From: Trichodesmium erythraeum IMS101
GTDB lineage: Bacteria > Cyanobacteriota > Cyanobacteriia > Cyanobacteriales > Microcoleaceae
Reading direction: 5' to 3'
Assembly: GCF_000014265.1 (NCBI RefSeq)
Contig: NC_008312.1
Coordinates: 300,001-332,000 of the forward strand
Length of the DNA: 32,000 nt
The notes beneath the pieces were generated by a model, which worked only from the letters and a program-made list of their open reading frames with translations, did no database searches and had not been told where the DNA came from. Below are positions 10,509 through 19,662 of this stretch, one piece after another. The translations under genes and the position numbers were made by a program. The stretch's first letter is position 1; every line of letters begins with the position of its first letter.

Positions 10509-10763
10509 TTACCTTGTACGTCATTTGCTTGCTCAAATGCTGTAACTTCTCTATTTTATCAAGTTTGATATTAAGAAAGATTTTGATAAAGCATAGTTAT
10601 GTAAGAGCTAATTTCTAAACTTAGCTGAAAGTTTTATATTACCTAGCTCTTAGTAATTTAGGGCTAGATTAGCTATAAGTTATCAATTCTAAGTATAGCA
10701 AGGATAAGAACTTTTTAATATTTACTTTATAAATCAACTCTCATAGTAGAAGTGACTATTAAA

Positions 10764-10940
10764 GTGCATCTGCCTTTTCTCTTTCTAATATTTCTGTATT
10801 GAGTCCAGAAATAATCAGTTTAACTTTTCTATAAAAAAAACCCCCACCTATGACGGTGGAGGTCGTATATCAGGGTGCATCTACTTTTTCTCTTTCCCAT
10901 GTTTCTCTGTTGACTCCGGAAATAATCAATTTAATTTTCT
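10764..10940. repeat. Two diverged direct copies (about 67 bp; 10764-10830 and 10875-10940) flanking a terminator
   Basis: By-eye alignment gives 11 mismatches plus 1 indel over about 66 nt (GTGCATCT.C.TTTTCTCTTTC...TCC.GAAATAATCA.TTTAA.TTTTCT). The 44-bp spacer holds the hairpin/T-tract listed separately. Confidence 0.8.
10833..10862 (-). terminator. Intrinsic terminator for the SDR gene
   Basis: The minus strand reads CCTCCACC-GTCATA-GGTGGGGG: an 8-bp GC-rich stem with one G.U pair, followed immediately by TTTTTTTT. It sits about 95 nt downstream of the SDR stop codon. Confidence 0.8.
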
Positions 10941-10955
10941 TCTCCTATTTTGATT

Positions 10956-11729
10956 TTATTGATGTCGATGAACCATTGTTGCATTAGCTTGATCTGTGGG
11001 GACTACTAAAAGTTCACTAATATTGACGTGAGGCGATCGCGTCACACAGAAAAGTACTAAATCTGCTATATCATCTCCTGTCAAAGGCATCAAGTTTTTG
11101 TAAACATTCTTAGCTTTTTCTGTATCTCCATGAAATCTAACTTCACTAAATTTTGTTTCTACTAAACCTGGTTGAATTTCAGTTACTCGGATGGGAGTTC
11201 CTAATAAATCCTGTTTTAAACCCTCAGAAATTGCCCTAACAGCAGCTTTAGAAGCACAATAAACATTACCTTTAGGATATGCTCCACGACCAGCAATAGA
11301 ACCAATATTAACTACATGACCCCGACCTCGACTGACCATTTCTGGCACTATATAACGAGTAATATAGAGTAATCCTTTAACATTAGTATCAATCATTTCT
11401 TCCCAATCCTTGAAATCGCCAATATGGAGTTTATTTAAACCCCTACTTAAACCAGCATTATTAATCAAAATATCAATCTTTTTCCAAGGTTCGGGTAAAG
11501 AATTTATGGCTGATTCAACTGCTAGGCGATCGCGTATATCTAAGTTTAATAAATAAACCTTAGTTTGGTATTTCTTAGTTAGTACTTCAGCAAGTTTTTC
11601 TAGTTTTTCTTGGCGACGAGCCAGCAAAATTAGTTGAGCTCCTGATTGAGCAAATATCTGGGCACAAGATTCACCAATACCACTACTAGCACCTGTAATT
11701 AAAACTATCTTATTTTCAACAGATATCAT
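10956..11729 (-). CDS. SDR-family NAD(P)-dependent oxidoreductase (YdfG-like 3-hydroxy acid/serine dehydrogenase type)
   Basis: Motifs: TGASSGIG cofactor motif, NNAG, and catalytic YCASKAA (YxxxK). The 257-aa length is typical of classical SDRs. Confidence 0.92.
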   Translation of the reverse strand: MISVENKIVLITGASSGIGESCAQIFAQSGAQLILLARRQEKLEKLAEVLTKKYQTKVYLLNLDIRDRLAVESAINSLPEPWKKIDILINNAGLSRGLNKLHIGDFKDWEEMIDTNVKGLLYITRYIVPEMVSRGRGHVVNIGSIAGRGAYPKGNVYCASKAAVRAISEGLKQDLLGTPIRVTEIQPGLVETKFSEVRFHGDTEKAKNVYKNLMPLTGDDIADLVLFCVTRSPHVNISELLVVPTDQANATMVHRHQ

Positions 11730-11779
11730 TTTTACTAGAATAAAATTTTGCTATTTTTTATAATTTTTTCACAACAGTA

Positions 11780-12592
11780 TTATTTCTTTCCTGTTTCTTC
11801 TGAAATAACTCGTAGACGATAGGTACTAATAGTAATACCTCCTTTTCGCATTAAAATTGCTGATAACCATTGACTATCTAAATTTTCTGTAACCTCACCA
11901 ATTTTAAAAATGCCCCCAGAAGATAAAATTTCTAGTTTAAATTTAGCCGGTTCAAAAGTATAAGAATTTTCATTTATAGGTTCTGTCAAAGCAGTTCCTA
12001 ACATCATTTCTTCCCCCAAAGGCTCTTCAACAACTACATCAAAGTTATACTTTTCACCTATTTCTACCTCTGCCGGTAAATTAACACTAATAGTAGGTGG
12101 TGTTTTTCCTGATGTTACCTGACTACGCTCCGTTAAAATTTCTTGTTCAACAATCTTTTCATTTTCATAACGTTGTTTAGAAGTAATAGTAGACTTTAAA
12201 GTTAAATTTCTATCTTTCATTTCTTGAATAGCAGTAATATAGGTGATAGTTTCCACCACAATAGTATCACCATCAGTTTCCCAAGATTGAACTTTAGTAC
12301 GATATTTAACTGATTTATAAAGTTGCCAAAAATTTTTTAACGCTACTTCTAAACTTTCCCGATTTAAACCATCAGAATTAGTAAAATCATTACTATAAAA
12401 ATTCATGACATCTTTTAAGTCTTGACGACTAGCAGCCTTGTCAATTTTTTCTAATATTTCTGTCAGTTTTTTAGGTGTTCTATAACTACTTTGAGCTAAA
12501 GTTAAATTCTGGGAAAAAACTACTCCTGAAAAAACAGTTAAACCCAACAATAATGAACTAGATAATTTTGTTAATAATTGCTGAAATTGCAT
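11780..12592 (-). CDS. Secreted hypothetical protein with an NTF2/SnoaL-like N-terminal domain
   Basis: The internal Met at 12592 (MQFQQLLTKLSSSLLLGLTVFSGVVFS...) is preceded by AAGGAAA about 7 nt upstream and starts a signal-peptide-like hydrophobic segment. The ORF-track start at 12637 has no such support. The NTF2-like assignment is pattern recognition only. Confidence 0.75.
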   Translation of the reverse strand: MQFQQLLTKLSSSLLLGLTVFSGVVFSQNLTLAQSSYRTPKKLTEILEKIDKAASRQDLKDVMNFYSNDFTNSDGLNRESLEVALKNFWQLYKSVKYRTKVQSWETDGDTIVVETITYITAIQEMKDRNLTLKSTITSKQRYENEKIVEQEILTERSQVTSGKTPPTISVNLPAEVEIGEKYNFDVVVEEPLGEEMMLGTALTEPINENSYTFEPAKFKLEILSSGGIFKIGEVTENLDSQWLSAILMRKGGITISTYRLRVISEETGKK

Positions 12593-12997
12593 CAAAAATT
12601 TCCTTTGTGGACAAAATGGGATTTGAAAAATAATCATTTTTAACTTATAAAAGTTGTTAGTTCAAAATTTGCAGGTTATTAAAAACAAGTATTGTGGCCA
12701 TTATTTAAACAAGTGGTCAACAATCAGCATTTAGGAATCAGTAGGACATTTTTTTTGAAGTGAACGAAAGAGATTTAAATCCCCAGCAAACCATCAGGGC
12801 TAATAGTTAGTTGCTAGAGGTTTTCATTTATAGCTCTAAAAGCTGGTAGCTAGTTAAACTTTGCCCAATTAATTGCACTACCTTAACTAGCAATAATCGG
12901 ATATTAGACATTTTTGCAAAACTAAAAGTCAAATAAATTACAATACAGAAATTATGAGTTTATTTCGCTTTTAGCTTTTAACTTCTACCCCAAGGGA

Positions 12998-14122
12998 ATG
13001 GGCAAAGGGGAGTTTACTTTTAACTTACTTTGTTGTTATAACAGGGAGGCAGAAACCTTGACCAATAAACCAGTTAAATTACTAATCGCAGCAAGTGGCA
13101 CTGGCGGACACTTATTTCCAGCGATCGCTATTGCCAATCAATTAAAGGATTATCATATTGAATGGCTAGGAGTTCCTGACCGTCTAGAAACTAAGTTAAT
13201 CCCATCCCAATACCCTCTCCATACTATATCAGTTGAAGGCTTTCAGCAGAAGTTGGGCATAGAAACCTTAAAGGTTTTAAGTAGACTTATCGGATCTATC
13301 CTAAAGGTAAGACATATACTTAAAGAAGGAAAATTTCAAGGATTATTTACTACTGGTGGTTATATTGCAGCTCCGGCAATTATTGCAGCTCGTTATCTAG
13401 GCTTACCAGTTATTCTCCACGAATCTAACGTTTTACCAGGAAAGGTAACCCGCTGGTTCAGTCGTTTATGTAATGTTGTAGCAGTAGGATTTGAGGAAGG
13501 GACAAAATATCTATCTTTTGAGAAGACTGTATATTTAGGTACTCCTGTAAGAGAAGAATTTTTGTTTCCCCAATCATTAGACTTACCCATTCCAGAAAAT
13601 GTTCCTGTAATTGTAATTGTTGGGGGTTCTCAAGGAGCAGTAGCAATTAACCAATTAGTAAGAAAGTGTATTCCGGCATGGGTAGAGAATGGAGCTTGGA
13701 TTATTCATCAAACAGGGGAAAATGATCCTAATGCTTTTAGCCTTAAACATCCACAATATTTTACACTACCATTTTATCATAATATGGCCAGTTTATTTCA
13801 GCGAGCTAATTTGGTCATTAGTCGTGCGGGTGCAGGTAGTTTAACAGAATTAGCAGTTACTCATACACCATCAATTTTAATCCCTTATCCTTATGCAGCA
13901 GATAATCATCAAGCTTATAATGCTAAGATTTTTTCTAATCAGAATGCTGCCTTAGTTTTTACTGAGGGAGAATTGACTCCAGAAAAACTACAAACTGAAG
14001 TTTTAGAATTATTACAATCATCAGAAAAGTTAGAAAAAATGTCTCTAGGGGCAGAAAGTTTAGCTGTCAAGGATAGTCATAAAAAATTAGCAGGTTTAGT
14101 TCATGAAATTTTAAGTCATTAA
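12998..14122 (+). CDS. murG: UDP-N-acetylglucosamine--N-acetylmuramyl-(pentapeptide) pyrophosphoryl-undecaprenol N-acetylglucosamine transferase
   Basis: N-terminal G-loop SGTGGHLFPAIAIA, the C-terminal nucleotide-sugar binding region GGSQGA...RAGAGSLTELA, and a matching length. The true start may be the TTG at 13058, with GGGAGG 8 nt upstream, which would give the usual short N-terminus. Confidence 0.93.
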   Translation: MGKGEFTFNLLCCYNREAETLTNKPVKLLIAASGTGGHLFPAIAIANQLKDYHIEWLGVPDRLETKLIPSQYPLHTISVEGFQQKLGIETLKVLSRLIGSILKVRHILKEGKFQGLFTTGGYIAAPAIIAARYLGLPVILHESNVLPGKVTRWFSRLCNVVAVGFEEGTKYLSFEKTVYLGTPVREEFLFPQSLDLPIPENVPVIVIVGGSQGAVAINQLVRKCIPAWVENGAWIIHQTGENDPNAFSLKHPQYFTLPFYHNMASLFQRANLVISRAGAGSLTELAVTHTPSILIPYPYAADNHQAYNAKIFSNQNAALVFTEGELTPEKLQTEVLELLQSSEKLEKMSLGAESLAVKDSHKKLAGLVHEILSH

Positions 14123-14228
14123 ATTATACTCAAAAAGGTAAAAGCTAATCAAGAGATTGGCATTAAGAAGTCAGATAAATAAGTGTAAATCATGAATTTC
14201 AACATCAATTGTTTTGGAAATATTTTGA

Positions 14229-15052
14229 TTATCTATCAAGCCAACCTGTATTAGTTTTCTCATAATTCAGTTTAACCAAAACATCATCAAATAGGGCCAC
14301 AAATCTTGCTGTGTGAATTGGTTTAAAATATTCTTTCCACTGCTGCTTTTTTCCTGACCTTATATGTTTTCTATTTGACACCAAACCTGAAAACAGACTA
14401 TTATTGTAAGCTATTTTTAATAGACTCGCCATTATCTTCTTATTGAAACCTAGAAACTGAAAAATATTTCTAAATAAATTCATATCAATACCTTGAATTA
14501 AATCTTCATACTTTATTTCTATAAACCGTGAATTATTATAGTTCCAATCTTTGATATCTTGAATTATATTTATAGATAAATTCTTCATTTTAAATATTAA
14601 CTTATCGTCAAAAAATGAATAAGAATTTAGTTTTTATTGATAAGTCAAGCCTCAAAACTATTCTCTTTTAATATGTAACCATTTTTCTGGTGATTTATGA
14701 TGATAAAAAAGCCAGAAACAATTATATCTATAGGGTCTCTAATAAGATGCAATCCTGTGTAATTATAAAGCTTCTGAAAATCAAAATATGATTGATATTG
14801 AAAGAAAATATCAAAGTTACTAGATCGACATATCAAATATTTGTTGCCTCTATTTGCATAAAATTTTCAGTCATAATAGGAAGCAATAGAATTAAATATA
14901 CTTGACATCCAAACAGCTCCAGTTTTGTGGTGAGTTCCAATCAAAACTCTATTATCTAGAATTTTCCCAAACACTAAACCCTTATGAATAATTCCTAGGG
15001 ATTTATGAATACAAGATCGAGTTAGCTTTAATAGTGATTTCATTCCTCTCAA
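14229..15052 (-). pseudogene. Sulfotransferase-family pseudogene split into three frames
   Basis: Three consecutive minus-strand ORFs together read like one sulfotransferase. 14867-15052 has the 5'-PSB-like motif IGTHHKTGAVWMSSIF. 14645-14836 has the 3'-PB-like motif LIRDPIDIIVSG. 14229-14588 has the C-terminal motif IKYEDL...HIRSGKKQQWKEYF. Gaps and frame changes at about 14589-14644 and 14837-14866 interrupt the frame. Confidence 0.75.
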
Positions 15053-15195
15053 TTATATTAAAGTTTATGTTAAGATTAACAGATTATAGTAGTAAAAAAA
15101 AGATCGTGCTAAAAATTCAGCAAATTTTAGTACATCAGTTTTTCCACATCAATAGTTTATAGTGAAATATTTATTAGTAGTTTTTGAGAGTGACT

Positions 15196-17253
15196 ATGTG
15201 GCATAAATATTTGTGGCTAAAGTTAAAAAAAATAGCAAAATTAGAACTACCAAATTATCTTAAAGCAACAAATAATCCCTTAACTTTTCCAAGCAAGAGA
15301 GAAACTAAAACCCACCAAAAGCAAATCGCCAAAATATTAATTATTGCTTGTTTAATACCTTTACTATTTTTTATAATACCAGCTTGGGGACAAGCCATTG
15401 ATAATTATCTAGAAAAAGCTCCAGTAGAATTGAATGGTCAAAAATTATTTGAAGTAGCAGGTAATAAAGAAAAAAATTTGACTGCTATTGAACGAGCGGC
15501 AATAATTAGCTCAAAATTAGAAAATATCTTCAGCTCAGATGAATCTATAGAGGTAAATATAGATAAGCAAAACAATCAAGTAATTTTGCTTACTAATAAT
15601 AACTATTTACTAACTATAACTGCTGCAGATGTTAAAGGAAGAATGAAAACAGAAGAGCAAGCAATCATCTGGAAAGATAAGATTGAAGAAAGTTTTAAAG
15701 CAGGCAAAAAAAACTCTCATTCTCCTTACTTATTAAAAGAATTATCCATTAGCATTGTTTTAATTTTAGCAGCTTTAAGTATAGAGCAATTTTGGGGTTT
15801 ATTAAAGTTTAAAATTAGCAATTTCTGTGAAAAAAAATATCCTCAAATTGTTAGTTATTTACCAAAATTTTTGCCATTAACGATAATTTCTATCCGAGTC
15901 ATAGTATGGATAAAAATCACCCTATATATCACCTATCTACTACCATTTACTCGTGAGCCTAGTGAGAAACTATTAAGTATTTTATATAATAGTTTTACTT
16001 CTCGTATCTTTGACTTAGGCAACAAAGGTCTTTCCATTGTTGATTTGGTATTTTTAACTGGGTTAACTATTGGAATGTGGAAAGGAGTTGGGTACTTTAT
16101 TGATATTTTTAGAACTAAAATTGTAAGTTTAACAGGAGCAGAGCGAAGTGTTCAAGATACAATCAGTTTCTTAGCTAAATATGGATTAATTTTTTTTGGT
16201 ATACTAATTATTCTACAACTTTGGGGTGTAGATATTAGTTCTTTGGCAATTATTGCTAGTGTTCTTGGTGTAGGTATTGGTTTTGGTCTACAGAATATTG
16301 CTAATAATTTTATGAGTGGTATTATTCTAGTTTTTGAGCGACCAATTCAAGTGGGTGACTTTATTGAAGTAGGAAATTTAGTAGGCATTGTAAAAAAAAT
16401 AGGTTTGCGTAGCACTTACATTACAACTTTAGACAAAGTTTCTTTAATTGTTCCTAACTCTAGATTTCTAGAAAATGAAGTTTTAAATTGGAGTCATGGT
16501 AACCCTATTTCTAGGATAAAAATACCGATAGGTGTTGCTTATGGTTCTAATGTTAAGTTAGTTAAGAAAGCTATATTAGAAGTAGCAAAAAGTCATCCAG
16601 AAGTATTATTACATCCCTCCCCACAAATTTGGTTTCAAGAATTTGGTGATAGTTCTCTAAAATTTCAATTGTTGATTTGGACTAGAGAACCACAAAAACA
16701 ATATCAACTAAAAAGTGAGTTAAATTATCGCATTGAGGCAAGTCTACAAAGATATAAAATTGAAATTCCTTTTCCTCAAAGAGATTTGCATTTAAAATCT
16801 CCCAAAATAGAGCAAATGATAGAGATTTGGATGCGGAAAAATTCACCTCCTCAAGAACAAATTTACTATCCGAATAGCCTTAAGTTTAAGTTTGAAAATA
16901 ATGCTTCTCAGTTAGATATAGATGAGGAGGATGAAGCCAAAGCATTGACTAAAGATTCTCTCAATAATCAAACCAACAAAAATATAAATATAGATACCTT
17001 AGTTGAAGAAATGCGTGGTCATAATGGAGTATCAATTAAAGATCGTCAACATAGGTGGGATGTCTACTCAAAATGTTTTGTTGGTTCTGAGGCAGTACAG
17101 TGGTTAATGAGAACTCAAAAACTTAACTTAAGTCAAGCAATTTCTATGGGTCAATTATTAATAGACCGTGGCTTAATTCATCATGTTGTAGATAAACATA
17201 GTTTTAAAAATCAGTATATTTTCTATCGTTTTTATGAAGATGAAAACTACTAG
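15196..17253 (+). CDS. MscS-family mechanosensitive channel with a long N-terminal membrane region and a C-terminal DEP domain
   Basis: The MscS core is GVGIGFGLQNIANNFMSGIILVFERPIQVGDFIEVGNLVGIVKKIGLRSTYITTLD, preceded by several hydrophobic helices. The last 85 aa (16996-17250) match the DEP pattern: GVSIKDR..x..YSKCFVGSEAVQWL..x..SQAISMGQLLIDRGLIHHVVDKHSFKNQYIFYRF. I prefer the ATG at 15196 to the TTG at 15184. Confidence 0.9.
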   Translation: MWHKYLWLKLKKIAKLELPNYLKATNNPLTFPSKRETKTHQKQIAKILIIACLIPLLFFIIPAWGQAIDNYLEKAPVELNGQKLFEVAGNKEKNLTAIERAAIISSKLENIFSSDESIEVNIDKQNNQVILLTNNNYLLTITAADVKGRMKTEEQAIIWKDKIEESFKAGKKNSHSPYLLKELSISIVLILAALSIEQFWGLLKFKISNFCEKKYPQIVSYLPKFLPLTIISIRVIVWIKITLYITYLLPFTREPSEKLLSILYNSFTSRIFDLGNKGLSIVDLVFLTGLTIGMWKGVGYFIDIFRTKIVSLTGAERSVQDTISFLAKYGLIFFGILIILQLWGVDISSLAIIASVLGVGIGFGLQNIANNFMSGIILVFERPIQVGDFIEVGNLVGIVKKIGLRSTYITTLDKVSLIVPNSRFLENEVLNWSHGNPISRIKIPIGVAYGSNVKLVKKAILEVAKSHPEVLLHPSPQIWFQEFGDSSLKFQLLIWTREPQKQYQLKSELNYRIEASLQRYKIEIPFPQRDLHLKSPKIEQMIEIWMRKNSPPQEQIYYPNSLKFKFENNASQLDIDEEDEAKALTKDSLNNQTNKNINIDTLVEEMRGHNGVSIKDRQHRWDVYSKCFVGSEAVQWLMRTQKLNLSQAISMGQLLIDRGLIHHVVDKHSFKNQYIFYRFYEDENY

Positions 17254-17544
17254 GGTGAATATGTTTTTAGTAAACTAAAAATTGTCCGTAATTATTAGTC
17301 ACTTTAATATTTGAATAATTAGTTGTAGGGTTGAAGGGATACTGGAGAAAAATTAAGCTACTATCTAAGATTTGTGAATATCTATATACTTAATTTATAA
17401 CCTATTAATTGTAAATTGTGGTACACTAATTTTAGTAGATTTTATTAACAAGAATGAACGCTTAATTCCAGACTGCAAAAAATATCTAAGAAGCTAATGT
17501 AACTCTATCTTATAAACTACCGAGTTCTATGTATGACTCATCTA

Positions 17545-17578
17545 AATGGAAAAAGTTCCCATTCCCATCAGGGAACTT
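17545..17578 (-). terminator. Candidate intrinsic terminator downstream of cobL (the hairpin could also act on the plus strand)
   Basis: Perfect 8-bp stem AAGTTCCC (17553-17560) / GGGAACTT (17571-17578) with a 10-nt loop. On the minus strand the stem runs into CTTTTTCC. It lies about 295 nt downstream of the cobL stop. Confidence 0.4.
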
Positions 17579-17873
17579 CACAATCTTCAAAATATTCTTA
17601 TGCTAATTGATTGGAGCAATTTTGTTAGAGCTTTGATTTTTACAATTCAGACCGATAAATTATCACGCATAACAAGGAGTTTTAGGATTACTCAGTAGGT
17701 AGGCATAAAAATTTATCATTATGTAATATAATAAACTGTAAATTTAATCTCAAATCAACTGTCTAAAGAAGCTTAGAGTTGCTTGACAAAATTTAATATA
17801 GTTAAGCTTTTTTGTAGCTACCTACTTGAAAAAAAATTATATAACACAACCCATTTAAGGTGCAGACATAATT

Positions 17874-19187
17874 TTAATCCCGTTTAACGATCATAATTGT
17901 GACAGGATTAAGAGGATTAAATCGAGTTAAATTAGCTACAGGTATAGAACGAGATAACTGCACTTGCAAAAGACGATAACTCCAAGAGCGATCGCTCCTT
18001 CTTCTCTCTTCTACCCAACTTATAGCAGTATGCAAATTTTCCAAAGTTGTAAATGCTAAAACTATTACCCCTTCAGGCAACATTCTAATTCCACAAACTC
18101 CCAGAATATTTCTGAGTTTACCACTACTACCCCCTATAAAAACTCTGTGGGGAGGACGTAGATGATGCAAAATTTCCGGAGCATTACCATGAAGAGAAAC
18201 GACATTTTTTAGTTGAAAGCGACGACAATTTTCTTCAATTAAACTTGTTCCTATAGCAGTTTTTTCAATTGCATATACTATAGAACTACTGCAAAGGCGA
18301 GCAATTTCCACTGCAACAGAACCGGTACCAGCACCAATATCCCATATTATTTGTCCTGGTTGCAAACTCAACTCAGCTAAAATTAACACCCGGACTTCCC
18401 GCTTACTCATCAAGCCTGGATGGTCATCATAACTTAAAAAATAATTATCTGGTATCCCCAAAAGAGGTAAATCAACTAAATCTACAGGTTGATTAGCCAT
18501 TCTAGCTTTACGCAACAATACCACCAAATTCAATGGTGCAAATGTTTCTTTTTGTATTTCATCTATAGACCATTGTTGGACTCGTTCATCCTCAGCACCA
18601 AGATTTTCACATACCCAAAATTGATATGTAGCTGGCAGATGTAAAGATAGTAGCAAATTAGCGATCGCTTGTGGTGTATTGGTCGGGTCTGTGAGTACAG
18701 CAACCTTCTCAGCTCCTTGCTGTAATGCTTTAATCAGCTCATCCATAGGACGACCATGAACACTAATTATTTTAGTATCTTGCCAAGGAACTTTGATCCG
18801 GCTAAAAGCTAATTGTACCGAACTCAGATGGGGGTAAAACCTTAATTTTTCTGCAGGAAAATGTGCTACTAATAACCTCCCTAAACCAAAAAATAGGGGA
18901 TCTCCTGAAGCTAAAACCACTATACAACTATTAGGAGTCTCTAAATGCTGTCGTATTTCTAAAATTGCCTCAAGTAGATCTTTAATTACAATACTTTCAG
19001 CGTTATTATCAGAAAAATAACTGAGATGGCGATCGCTTCCTACCAACAAAGTCGCTCTTTTAACAATTTCTCGTACTAACTGATTTAGTCCAACTACTCC
19101 ATCTAAACCTATACCAATAACATTTATAGTCACAATAATTATGTTTTTTCCCTGCTTTTCCCTGAGTTCTGGAGCTAGTTTTTTCAC
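17874..19187 (-). CDS. cobL: Precorrin-6Y C5,15-methyltransferase (decarboxylating), CbiE/CbiT fusion
   Basis: The N-terminal tetrapyrrole-methylase half has VIGIGLDG and ASGDPLFFG. The C-terminal SAM-methyltransferase half has IWDIGAGTGSVAVE. The ORF starts with GTG at 19187. A later GTG at about 19133, just before INVIGIGLDG, is an alternative start. Confidence 0.9.
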   Translation of the reverse strand: MKKLAPELREKQGKNIIIVTINVIGIGLDGVVGLNQLVREIVKRATLLVGSDRHLSYFSDNNAESIVIKDLLEAILEIRQHLETPNSCIVVLASGDPLFFGLGRLLVAHFPAEKLRFYPHLSSVQLAFSRIKVPWQDTKIISVHGRPMDELIKALQQGAEKVAVLTDPTNTPQAIANLLLSLHLPATYQFWVCENLGAEDERVQQWSIDEIQKETFAPLNLVVLLRKARMANQPVDLVDLPLLGIPDNYFLSYDDHPGLMSKREVRVLILAELSLQPGQIIWDIGAGTGSVAVEIARLCSSSIVYAIEKTAIGTSLIEENCRRFQLKNVVSLHGNAPEILHHLRPPHRVFIGGSSGKLRNILGVCGIRMLPEGVIVLAFTTLENLHTAISWVEERRRSDRSWSYRLLQVQLSRSIPVANLTRFNPLNPVTIMIVKRD

Positions 19188-19516
19188 TATAACCAGAATA
19201 GAATTTACAACAGTTTAATCGGATATTAAATCTTAACCTCATACAAGAAAACTGATATAAAACCTTACTGGTTATAACATTTCAATGTTTACTTTATGTA
19301 CCCATCCCCCTCATAGCTATTCCTTTCTCCATTTTCCCATTTTACCCGAATATATAGTATCAACCCAATTTTGTATAATAATTGATCAATGAAATAACCG
19401 AATATTGGTAGGGTTACCATTTGACGATACAAAAATTATATTTAACAAATTTTTTATTTATTAATTAACGGCATTACTGAAATATTACTATCAAACCATT
19501 ATTTGGCCAAATATAA

Positions 19517-19573
19517 AATGCTTTTCAGTTATATCTTTAAAGATTTTCGGCTGTCGCCGATATGAAAAGCATT
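19517..19573. repeat. Nested inverted repeat (11-bp outer stem enclosing a 5-bp inner stem)
   Basis: AATGCTTTTCA (19517-19527) pairs perfectly with TGAAAAGCATT (19563-19573). Inside it, TCGGC-tgtc-GCCGA forms a small hairpin. It lies in the spacer between the DUF1868 gene and cobL, both on the minus strand. Confidence 0.6.
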
Positions 19574-19622
19574 ATTGATACAGAGCATTATTGCCATTAA
19601 AGAAAAATCATAGCCATGCATT

Positions 19623-19655
19623 AGACCATAATTAATGCCTAGTTAATTATGGTCT
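19623..19655 (-). terminator. 13-bp perfect hairpin immediately 3' of the DUF1868 gene (terminator or RNA-stabilising element)
   Basis: AGACCATAATTAA (19623-19635) / TTAATTATGGTCT (19643-19655) with a 7-nt loop, starting 8 nt after the stop codon on the minus strand. No U-tract is directly adjacent; a TTTTTC run follows about 15 nt later. It is therefore not a canonical intrinsic terminator. Confidence 0.4.
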
Positions 19656-19662
19656 GATTTGA

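Noticed and set aside
19188-19662. Cobalamin riboswitch upstream of cobL (minus strand)
   Set aside because: Reading the reverse complement, I found no B12-box-like core (GCCACTG context) and no conserved GGGAA/GGTG pairing pattern. Only a covariance-model scan could settle this.
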